From assembly GCA_021613535.1 (NCBI GenBank), contig CP075494.1, positions 10,106,001 to 10,170,000 on the forward strand: a DNA stretch of 64,000 nucleotides, given 5' to 3'. Positions 26,789 to 38,200 of the stretch are shown here, piece by piece (within the stretch, counting starts at the first letter, position 1; each line of letters opens with the position of its first letter). The DNA is from Adineta vaga. Taxonomy: Eukaryota; Animalia; Rotifera. A model generated the notes under the pieces. The model was not told where the DNA came from, ran no database searches, and worked only from the letters and a program-made list of their open reading frames with translations. Position numbers and translations under genes: made by a program.

Positions 26789-27355
26789 TTAGGGAGTAAA
26801 AAATATCGTTAGATCATCTATGCTTTGTTCAAAAAACGTTTTCTTTGGTTTAGGCCAGATAGCGAGTAAGAATCGATAGAAAACAAATAATATAATTAGA
26901 ATTATTAGAAGATACATAGTTATTTGCCAACAATAATTATTTGTTTGATTGAAGACGAAGTTTTGATCATGTTGTTCGATGAATCGAGAATGTTTTCGAT
27001 TTCTATGTTGTTTAGAAATCGAACGATGATGATGATGATGATGATGATCACCCATTGCTTGTTGTTGAAGAGGAATAGCTGAATTATTTTGATTTCTTAG
27101 TGTACAAATCGTAGTCGATTCTTCATCATTATCTTGTCGAAGACAATCATGTATTCGAGATGACGGAGTTGTATAGACTTCTTCACTTCCACTTTCAAAT
27201 TTCGACGAAGATTTATTCGTTTTTTCACCTTTTTCTTTTTGAGTAATCGATCGAGTTATATGATGAATTTTTGATTGTTGTAAAATTGTATTCGTCGTTG
27301 TTTTATCTAGAGATGGCTCGAAATGATTTGTGATTGTTCGTTTTGATTTTGACAT
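26789..27355 (-). CDS. Uncharacterised 188-aa intronless protein with His tract and a single C-terminal TM
   Basis: ATG ORF with a polar, basic, disordered N-terminus, H7 tract and TM ITMYLLIILIILFVFY. Confidence 0.7.
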   Translation of the reverse strand: MSKSKRTITNHFEPSLDKTTTNTILQQSKIHHITRSITQKEKGEKTNKSSSKFESGSEEVYTTPSSRIHDCLRQDNDEESTTICTLRNQNNSAIPLQQQAMGDHHHHHHHRSISKQHRNRKHSRFIEQHDQNFVFNQTNNYCWQITMYLLIILIILFVFYRFLLAIWPKPKKTFFEQSIDDLTIFFTP

Positions 27356-27525
27356 CGAAAAGTTCTTCGATTAGAGAATTGTAGAGAATAGCGCGTAATT
27401 TTGGAGAGAATTTATCAAGCGGGAAGGAAAGTGTATATTTTTATTCGAATTTTAACAAATGAAAACAAAACAAAACAAACAATGCATTGTTGATTGTTTA
27501 CTTCGAAGTATATATTGACGAAATA

Positions 27526-29138
27526 TCACTTATGAATAAGAATAAGAAGAATTGAAAAAGTTATACAAAGAAGAATGAATAGATATTTGTAAATCGACAG
27601 TTTTGGATCACGTAAATGTTCAAGAATCTTCAAAAATACGTGTCCATTTGAAACTGCTGTTGGTATGATGGAGGATGAAAATTTGTCTGTTAAGATGATT
27701 GAGCGTTTCTTTTTCGTTTTACGCGAACGTAAACCACTTTGACATTCACTAAGAGATTCAAGAAATGAATTGCATAGCTATGCATATATGATCAAAAGTA
27801 TTCGACATACTCAGTAATAGCCGATAAAACTTCTGATAAATTTTCAGTTCCTGTAGTTTGTTCGTTTAGTTCATCAATAGAAGACACTTCCAAATCTTCT
27901 TGCCGATTGATATGTTTACTATTGAATGAATCATTCGGCTTTTGTTGTGATTTATTCTCATCCAAAATTAAATAATCTTCTTCTTTGTTAATTAATTGTT
28001 CTGTAAATAAAAGTAAGAAACTATTTTTATCGATATTCAAATAGATGAATTTTACCTGTATTAGTTGTTGCGAGAGCAGATTCAATCAATTGTTTTGTAT
28101 ATGGATTTGTGTTCGTTAATTTTCCGATTTGAGAAGAAATAAAATATTTTGTTTTAATTCTGAGAAAAATCGAAATAGACTCTTTTCTGTTTGATCAGCA
28201 TAATCAATTGCTGTCGTCGTTTGAAAACAATAATTCGATAAATTAATATAAAATTCTAATCTTTCTTCTTTTTCTTGTTCTATTTTTTTCATAGAATCAA
28301 AATATTCTAATGTGCCATATTTTAAACTTAATGGACATAAATATTTCATAATTAATGATAGATATAAACAATCATTCCATGTATGAATATAGAAATCTTT
28401 AATATAATTTGTAGTTGTATTAAAAATTTGATTTAAAAGATTATTAATCCATTTCAATAATAGACTTCGATCTTGTCCAAATGATAAAAGAGTATTTTCT
28501 GTAAAAAGATGTTTATTAGTTGTTATTCGAAAGGATGGAAAATCGAAGATTTTCATAATAATCCAAAGTAAAGCTAAGATTTGTTTTCGATTACCTGAAA
28601 CAATTTCATGAGGAGAAATATTAATATGTTGCATATGTAATTTTAAATAATCTAAAACATATTGAACATTTGTTAACGAATGGAAACGTGTTCGACCATG
28701 TTCACGTTTTAATTTTGTTGATGAAAATATTTCAATTAAATCAAGAAGAATATGTCCATTGGATAAATCTTGTGAAAGATCTTCAACAAATTTCGCTTTA
28801 TTTTGACAGGAAAGATGATAATTAATAAATTTAATAAAACTGGTTATTTGAATATCATCCATTCGTTCATATAATTGTTTGATACGTTTATTTGTGTGAT
28901 ATTCATATGAATGTTCTAATGGAAATGGTAACACATGTGTTACCTTATCTTTTTGTTTAGAAGAAATGATATCAGGAAGAATGTTAGTCTTAGAAATCGA
29001 TAAGGCTGAAGAAAGAGATGATGATGATGATGATGATGATGATAGGAGAGGACAAGGTTGTGTCGATGCATCAATATCGGAGAGATATAATGAATGGGCA
29101 GCAAATGAGAATTGACTTCGTCGTTCAGAAGAGGCCAT
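27526..29138 (-). CDS. Tandem calponin-homology actin-binding protein with C-terminal TM anchor (calmin/nesprin-like); 1-bp frameshift near 28120
   Basis: CH1 motifs SFIKFINYHL, VEDLSQDLSNGHILLDLIE, NISPHEIVSGNRKQILALLWII, and a CH2-like LLKWIN. Restoring one base links to exons 28000-27811 and 27748-27526, ending KYLFILLCITFSILLILIHK*. Confidence 0.72.
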
Positions 29139-29702
29139 GATGAATAATTATTCGGAATTGTTTCATCTATGAGATATGTCAACACTGATTAATTATGAGA
29201 ATATCAATTTGATTTGAGAGATACTAAATAGAAAATAAATAAACAATTACTTGATCGATCTTCATCAAACTACTTTTAAATCAATTATTCTTCATTGAAA
29301 TTGAGTAGGTCTGTCTCATATTGTATATATATATATATATACTTGACGATTAATGTTTTTTTGATTAATATTCTTCACATATGATTCCTTTTTCTTTGTA
29401 AAGAAGAAAAAAATACATCCGTATTCAATGTCACCATCTGTGGACAATATTCATAGAAAGAATACGAACAATCAACTATACTCACACATACATCTAACAA
29501 ATAATCTTTTCTGTTCTCTTTTATTTATCGTTATCTTCATATGTATAACTGACAATTGTTCACCCTTAAGTAAAGAGTGAACTTACTTTCTTGATAACGT
29601 GTTCTGATGTGAATGTATAGAATAATATTCAATCCAAAGAGACACATAGTTTATTTGATTTTAGTACAGAACAACAAATAGAACAAGAAAAAAATGAATG
29701 AT

Positions 29703-30732
29703 TTAACTACGTGGTGGACCAGGCGGTGCAGGACCATATGATCGTGCACTTGATGAATGATCGCCGGAATATTTATTCGATTCAAGTTTAAAAGCAAATT
29801 GAAGGAAGAACTATTTGAAAATAGAAAAATATTGTTTAGAGAAGTTTTTGTTTTCGAAAAAATAGAAAGAACAAACTTGTTTAGTTTCTGTATTGTAAGA
29901 TGTCCAAAATTTTCCTTCAGATTTGTCAACTTCACGACTTGGAATCTACAAAAGAAAAAACATTAGTAATAAATTGAGTGATAGAAAAACGTTACTTTAA
30001 AAGCGATTGTTTCATATGGTTCAGCTGCGAATAATAAATATTGCCAACGACGATCTGGTGCTTCAACATGTTGTTCAAAACCTGACATAAAACGATGTTT
30101 TGGTACGATATTATCCGATATTTCAGGATAATCAATTTGAAAAAGAAGTGATTGTTGTTTAGTATCTATAATGCATAAAATTTATAATTCTCTCCAATAG
30201 AATATAATCAAAACCTACCTGGATCACGTTGTTTTGTTACTAAAACGTAAAAACAACAAACATTTGAAATGTATATTATTAAAAAAACAAACAAATGATT
30301 ATGATTTACCTTTATAACCAGGACGACCAATTTTAATAAATTTACGAACTTCATAATGAGGTTTCATAGGTTGAACAAAATCTGATGATTGTTGATTTTC
30401 ACGAGCAGCACGTCGAGCTCTAGAATCAAATATATTTTTTTCTTATTCACTTTTACTTTTTTTTGTCATTATATTGTCTTAACTTACAAATTCGATTGAT
30501 GTTTCTTTCCTTGTGTATGAGCCAAATAGGAACCTTCATTGTTATGTAAAGTTAAACAAAGTTTACATTCATAAGTTCCCAAATGATTTTTCATAAAATA
30601 GGGATCTTTTGAAAGATTAATTGTTTCCAAAGCTAGTTGACGGAGTCGTTCGCGTCGATCACGATTCGATTCCGACGCACTAGCCACACCACCCATACCA
30701 GTTTTACCACCAGCTCGATGTTGAAAATCCAT
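29703..30732 (-). CDS. SF3A2: Splicing factor 3A subunit 2 (SF3a66/Prp11)
   Basis: Near-invariant MDFQHRAGGKTG...DRRERLRQLALETI...YECKLCLTLHNNEGSYLAHTQGKKHQ, KIGRPGYKVTKQRDP, and WQYLLFAAEPYETIAFK. Confidence 0.98.
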
Positions 30733-31106
30733 ATTTAATGAAATTTATCAATATGATGACTGACAAATAATTCTTATTCTTGCCTTTTATTGTTTCGAAA
30801 TAACAGCAACAATTTTTTCTATTGAAAGAAAGATTAAACCAATAATAAAGGTTCACTCAGTCATTGTACATTAGTGATCTCTTCAGATATATTTCTCACG
30901 TAGTGCATTACATTCTTCTTGATTGGTTTGTAGAAGTTAACCAATGAGAAAACTACTGCAAGTATATATGTCTGCATGCACACAACACAACACAACCACA
31001 CATGCATGAATGTCTACTGTACATATTTATTATCATAAAAACAATCGATAACAGTTTATCAATTGTTACATAATCCAACTAGGTTCTTGATTGATATTCG
31101 TTTTAG
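30733..31106. promoter_or_regulatory. Putative bidirectional promoter of SF3A2 and ATP12
   Basis: 374 bp between divergent ATGs. Inverted CCAAT boxes ATTGGTT (30922-30928) and AACCAAT (30939-30945), plus another AACCAAT near 30837. Confidence 0.5.
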
Positions 31107-31952
31107 ATGAACAGTATTTTTCTACGTCGTTCTATTCCTTCTCTCATTCGTTTATGTTCTCGTTCAACATCATCAAATTTTGGTTTAACAAATCGAGAAC
31201 GTAAACGTTTCTATAAACAAGTTTCAATTGTTGAATCATCTCAATCACCAACTAAATATGAAATTTTACTTGATCAACGAAAATTAAAAACTCCATTAGG
31301 AAATATCATTACAATCGAGAATGAACTTCTTGCATTATCTATTGCACAAGAATGGAATCAACAAATGAAAAAGATTGATCTATCATCAATGCATATGAAT
31401 TCATTGATCAATACAGTAATTGATAATCCCTTAAAACTAACCAAAACTCAATTGATTGATAAAATCATGTATTTTCTTGATTGGGATACACTACTTTATC
31501 GTTGTGATTATCCCGAAGAATTCAAACAATTACAAACCGAATCTTGGGATCCTCTACTCAAATGTATTAATGAACAATTTCATACAAATTTTCAACCCAC
31601 TTATTATCTTGATGTTAAAGATTTGGTAAAGAAATCTGATCGAAATATTATGGAAAAATATTTAGCAAACTTTGATGTACCATCATTAACAATATTCCTT
31701 TTTATTGTTGAACAATTAAAATCAATATTCTTAACGATTAGTTTGATCAAACAATTTCAACCAGTAGAAGATATTGCTACTTTATCACGATTAGAAACGG
31801 AATTTCAAATATCACGTTGGACGAATGTTGAATATCATCATGATTATGAATTGTTGGATATACGTTCGAAAATTTCTGCTGCTTATTTGATTTTTTATTG
31901 TCTAAACAACAATGTTACTAGTACAGTTCTATCGAAAGAAAAACTTCAATAG
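31107..31952 (+). CDS. ATPAF2: Mitochondrial F1-ATPase assembly factor 2 (ATP12), intronless CDS
   Basis: Mitochondrial presequence, RKRFYKQV, LDQRKLKTP, AQEW, DTLLYR and LSRLETEFQISRW..VEYHHD. Confidence 0.95.
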   Translation: MNSIFLRRSIPSLIRLCSRSTSSNFGLTNRERKRFYKQVSIVESSQSPTKYEILLDQRKLKTPLGNIITIENELLALSIAQEWNQQMKKIDLSSMHMNSLINTVIDNPLKLTKTQLIDKIMYFLDWDTLLYRCDYPEEFKQLQTESWDPLLKCINEQFHTNFQPTYYLDVKDLVKKSDRNIMEKYLANFDVPSLTIFLFIVEQLKSIFLTISLIKQFQPVEDIATLSRLETEFQISRWTNVEYHHDYELLDIRSKISAAYLIFYCLNNNVTSTVLSKEKLQ

Positions 31953-32218
31953 ATAATTGTTTAACTATAGTCTCAACATAACTATAGGTTCGTTTTGACT
32001 TTTTTTTAGATGTAACATTTTGTACAGTACTTTTCTTCAAAACAAACATATTCGAACAAATGTTCATATTTGTTAGATTTCAAAAATGTTGAATTATTCT
32101 ATTATCAACAATAAGAATTGCATATTCGATGTAAAATACTAGAGTGAGTTTATTCTAAATCTGACTAAGAAAATATTCGTTTCAATTTTTTAGTTCTCAA
32201 CAATTCTGTTTACGAAAA

Positions 32219-33322
32219 ATGTTGCACTTACCTTCGATGTTAACCTATGGGTTTTTCTCTTTTATCTTAGCATTTTTTAACAAAGCACTTTTTGAAATAG
32301 CTAATTTTCGAAACAGTTTATTTGTGATATTTTGTCAACTTACTTTTATTATTATTTCATTTCAAATTTTGGCTTGTATTCGTTTAATAACAATACCTAC
32401 TATGAACAAAAATGAGTTGTATACATTATTTATTCCAGCAATATTTTTTTGTTTAAGTACGGTTTTATCTTTGCAAGCATTGATGAAATTAAATGTTGCG
32501 ATTTATGTTGTCATTAAAGTAGGTTATTTATTTTCAGAAAAGATTATCCTATTCTTTTTTCTTAGCGTTGTACACCAGCTTTAACTCTTATTTTATCGGT
32601 TATTATCTTGAAAAAACAAAAATTAAATATGAAAGTAGGTTTATGTGTATTGATGATGACAATTGGTGCAATAATTACTTCAATTGGTGATGTTTCTTAT
32701 CATTTTCAATCGTATCTCATCGGAAGTTTAAGCGTGATATTTCATGCAATCTATTTACTCACTATTCAACGATTTAGTGAACAGAAAAATTCCAATGATG
32801 TTCTTTATATCAATAGTTTATTATCTCTACCCATGATTTTTCTTCTAATGATAACTTTATCAGATGAATTATCCGCTATCCAATCATATAAAGGTTATCG
32901 TACAATACATTTTTGGCTTTATTTTATCTTATCGACAATTGGTGGGGGATTACTCAATGGTGCAACATTTTGGTGTACGATTAAAAATTCCGCATTGACA
33001 ACAAGGTAACTATTTGAAGGGAATGTCGATTGATATGTTACTTTCCTTTTTCTTGAATAGTGTGGTGGGTGTTTTGAAAAGTATTCTTCAAATCTTTTTT
33101 GGTATGTTTGCATTTGATCGATTAGCAATCAATAGTAAGACAATTATTGGTATTGTTTTATCATTGATTGGTGGAACAATGTTCAGTTATTTTGAATATA
33201 CGAATAAGAAAACAAAATCAGTGATGACAACAAGTGATCCTATTCCTGAACAAAGATTAAACTCAACTATCGAAACGAAAGAAACAAGATTAGATACAGA
33301 AAAGTTTGTATTTTCTACCTAA
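32219..33322 (+). CDS. Nucleotide-sugar transporter, SLC35D family
   Basis: FFNKALF, VVIKRCTP across the intron, CTIKNSALTT/SVVGVLK and multiple TM helices; 3 coding exons. Confidence 0.85.
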
Positions 33323-33593
33323 ATTTTCATTTATTCTATATCTAGTTTTTGAAAACGAATCGAAAATCATTTAATCTATTTGTTGGTATTTAGATTGTTA
33401 AATTATTCAACTGATAACGTTCATGCAGATTCAACAACATATCATTTATAAAATTTAGAAAAAAATCTATTGTACTACTGTCTTTGTGAATCTCAAGAGT
33501 AATATTTATTGTTCATCGATATTTATTTGTTCAATCTTATTGTGATAAATCTCGCAATTTACTTTCATATTTCCTCTTTCAGATGGTATTATC

Positions 33594-34894
33594 ATGAATC
33601 TCTTACATTTATTTATCTGTATTTTTTATTGTCTATATTCTTCCATCATTTGTGATTCATCATGTTCACGTGAAAAAAGTCGAATTGTTCGTGATTATTT
33701 TACACAGGTAATTTCCTCAAAAACTTCTCATCATTTATTTATCGCCATTTTCAGGCACTTTATCCAATCTATGAAAAAAATCATATATCTATTCCATATG
33801 AATGTATCTTTTCTCCAAAACGTGATATATATTATGAACAAGAAATCAATAAAGTAAAAATTTCGCACGATGAATGGTTATGTAAATATTGTAATAAAAC
33901 ATTTTATTCTGAATATCATCTTGATCTGCATCTATTAATTCGACACAATGACACACTTACTCAAGTAAAAAAAACGATCTGATTTTGGCACTATGTTGTT
34001 ATTTGTTTACTTTTAGGATGAACAACCCGTTTGTTTGGCTGATCATTGTCTTATATTTCGTTGTGATGTTTTAAAACGATCAAAAATCTCAATACGATCT
34101 ATCAATCCGTTAGCACGAGGACCCGATGTTAACATTGTAAAATATAAAAAAATTCACAATGAACAACAACTCACTATTCTTAGAAGTCGATGCGCAGTAT
34201 GAAGAAAATTTTCTGACAAAAATTTTTGTTCAATTTGTTTTTCTTATTTTAGTCTATAATCAATCAATGTATTCCACATACGATACATCACGATGCACGA
34301 ATCAAAATACAACGTAAGTGATCTTTGTTTTCCTCCAATAAATTGAGCTTATGCGTCATGTTTTTGTTCACCAATGAAATGTTCGTATGAGTCATCAGCA
34401 AATACGTTACAGCTTTTGTTTTGTTTTTGTCAAATAACGTTCGGTTCTTTTTCTCTATTTAGATGAAATGTATGCAGAAGTATGTGCTTATTTAATCACG
34501 AATAAATATTTTGAATTGCCTGATTATTGTGTAAGAATATTCTTTTTCATCATATTTCTTTTACTTAAAAGAGACTTATTTCTAGAAACCATTGATTAAT
34601 TTTACAACTGTATTAGGTGCAGCAATCTTGATCTTTCTATGCTTGGTTGGAATTGGAATTATTCGACGATCTGATTGGAAGTATGTTAAAATGAATTCTA
34701 ATAAATATTTTATTTCTAAATATATATTTAGATTCAATGATGATGAGGATGAATCAGATAAACATCTTTCGGATGAAACGATCTCTTCAGCCACTGCTCT
34801 CCTAGCAAAAACACCCGCCAATGGAATAATTCATTCTTCGAAAAGTCCAACTACTACTATTCGCCATCGAGTTCGTTTTAAATCTGAAGACTAA
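33594..34894 (+). CDS. Signal-peptide, Cys-rich, single C2H2-like zinc-finger type I membrane protein
   Basis: Signal peptide, CSREKSR, WLCKYCNKTFYSEYHLDLHLLIRH, CLADHCLIFRC, then TM VLGAAILIFLCLVGIGII; about 7 exons. Confidence 0.75.
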
Positions 34895-35202
34895 GATCGA
34901 TCTTTGTCTGTTTTTCTTTTTTTGTGAATAATCTAGTCTTTTGCTTTGTCTCATGTAATCTTCATATTTTTCTTTTTGTATTTTCTATGTTGTCAATTAT
35001 TTATTGAATACTTTTTTATCTAAAAGAAAAGAAGCCATTAAATAAGACAAAAGATTCTTCATCGAGGTGAGTACATTTCTATCCAATCACTTTGCATCAG
35101 GCTGTTCAACAAGTAATTACAACATCGAGACAAAATTTACGCAGTATATAAGTAGCTGAAAAAGCTGAATTGCTTTCATTTTTTTCGTTTTTAGATCCTA
35201 GA

Positions 35203-38200
35203 ATGTCGAAGAATACTTTACATGAATCTGCATCATCGGATGCACTTCGTTTAAAAGCTCTTCAATCTGGTTTTGAAAGTCGCGTTGAAGTAAATCAACG
35301 AATGTTGATCGATAAAATGCTTGCACGTTATTCATCTGATTTTGTTGTTTGCCGAGAATTAATTCAAAATTCGGACGATGCCAAAGCAACATCGTTTCAT
35401 TTTGAAATTACATGTGATGGTGGAACATCATCAACATCGGAAAAAGATTTTCATAATCAAACTATTACAGAAATTCGTGCCATTAATAATGGTCTTGTTT
35501 TTAATGAAATCGATTGGAAACGTGTTGCAGCTATAGCAGAAGGAAATACAAGTGTAGAATCCGTTGGTCAATTTGGTGTTGGATTTTTTTCAGTTTTTTC
35601 ATTTTCTGAAGAACCAATCATTACATCAGGAAATGAATATATGGCATTTGTATGGCGTGATGACAATTCTTTAACAACATTTCGTCATAAATTGACATCA
35701 GAACAACAATCAAAATTAACGTCAATTATTCTTAAAATGCGCACAAACTATATTTTACATACAGAAACTAAACTAGATTTCGATTCGACATCAGATTTGA
35801 ATGAAAAATCGACTACGAAATCACCGAATAGGAAAAAACAAAAGAAAAGTATACCAACACCATCAACTTCAACGAATGATATTATTCCAACATTGAATCT
35901 TTCACAATTAAAAGCATATTTTACCAAAGGTATGAATTCCCTGCTGACTCATGTTCATTTTCATTTCTTTCCTTTTATTTTCAGTTTTATCTTTCACTAA
36001 ATATATCAATGAATTAATTATTAAAATTAATCAAAAAACTATTTTTAAAGTCACGAAAACTAAAAAACCAATTCCATCATCTAAATCTCGATCACAATTT
36101 AAAACAAATTCTATTCATAATATGCTTCGTCTTGATACATTCATTCAAACAGAACAAATCTTCTCAATCGATCATGGACCATCGATTACATTAAATCATA
36201 TATCTGTTGATGCAACATTAATTATTGATGAAAATTATCATAATCACATTCGACGAATACTAAAGAAAAGTTTACCATCCAATGTTCAAATTCAACTTCT
36301 ATACACACCGAATGATGTTAGTAAAATGAATATCTTGAATTTTGAAATTGAATTATAGGAAGAGAATATTTTAGGTTATCATAAAACAACAACAACAATC
36401 GTCGGCAACTAATGATCTTCATATGAAAATTCTCAATTCTTTAATTCCATTAAAATTTCAAAATGATGAAATTGATCCATCTGGTTTGATTTTCATCGGT
36501 CTTGGTACACATCAAACAACAGGAATAGGAATGCATATTTACAGCCATTTAATTCCAACGATTGAAAGAGAAAATCTTGATTTACAAGATCCATATATAT
36601 CAAAATGGAATCGAGAATTATTATTATCCGTTGGACAAATTGCAAGATTTGTTTATGATCAATTGATTCATGAAAATAAACAATTCTATTCAACATTAGC
36701 ATCTTATTCTTTTCAACCATCAGTACCAAATAATGAAATTGGTATGTAAAGACGTTTTAGATTGTAATTAATTCTGATACCTTTTCTTTTCGATCTACAG
36801 GTTCGATTCTACTCGATGGATTCTTTTCTTCCAATAAAGATCTTTTTGTTCCTGTCAAACGAACACCCACTGATATGAATCTCTCATTGATTCCATCAAC
36901 ACAAGCCTATCTAGCAAATTCTCAATATATTCATTCGTTTCTGTCTTTACCACTTGTTCCATATGAATTAAGTCAAAATGGTTTATTTCAATCTTTAAAA
37001 GATCGTGATTTAATCATTGAAGTTGATAATGATTTAATTGAATCAACAATAACTACAACAATACTTTTATCAAACCAATTTGTAGACTTTCTTCATTGGT
37101 TATCTAGTCAACATCAAGAAGATAAACAGTACATCAAACGTTTATTATCAATTGTACGTTTTCGTGAAACTATACAATCACCGATTATTACATTAGAAAA
37201 ATTAAAGAACTATGATAATTTTAATATATCAACAATTCTACCGTTACCATCACATGTTTTACCTGCTAGTGTTGCTGCTTATTTATCACGAGAAGAATTA
37301 CAAAAACAACTATCATTGACACCATTTGCATTAAAAGATTTTCTACATTTTTATTTTCTTAAAAGTCAACAATATTTATTTACAAAAGAAAATTCATCAA
37401 CTTGTTTATTAAGTATTATTTCTAAACATTCTGGACAAATGAATAAAACAGAATGGAATAAATTAAAAACAACTCTATCAACAATACCATGTATACCAAC
37501 AAATCAAGGAATGAAAATACCAAATGAATCCTATATTCCATCAGCTATTCTATCACCAGAGTTACCTGTTATTACATTAAATGTTCCACAAAATTTAACT
37601 GAAGATGATAATGAAGACGATGAAAATCAATCAATCGTTGAAAATTTAGAAAATCCAGTATCAGCAGAATTTCTTAAACGATTAGGGTGTAGAACATTAA
37701 ATGTTCAATCATTTGTACATGCACGATCTTCATTGACAAATTCCAATTCATCTAATTCACATAATATGAAAACATTAATTGAACATCTGATGGAAGAAAG
37801 AGATAACATGAGTGAAGGAGATTTCAATGCATTGAAACAAAGTGAATGTCTGAAAGGTAAATATGAAACTACTTTTCTTTTTTGTGAATTAGTAGAATTT
37901 TTTCATTATATTCTAGGCACCACTCTAATACCAAGTAAAGAAACTACAAGAAAATATACTCCTCAAGATCTTCATTTTCCTTCGATTGCTATTGAATTAC
38001 AATGGTCAACTTTACCAATTATAGATTGGCATGATATCGATCCACGTTCACGTGAATATGCATTTCTAAAAGAAATTGGCGTACGCGAAGTACCTGATGT
38101 ACATAAATTAATTGATCGAATTATAGAAGAACATAATGAACAAAAGGTCAAATCGATTGTTGAATATAAATTACCTATAGCATTGAAATTTCTTGCTGAA

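Noticed and set aside
1-33322. Chondroitin synthase and an SLC35D UDP-sugar transporter as a functional cluster
   Set aside because: They are 31 kb apart with many unrelated genes between them; coincidence is likely.
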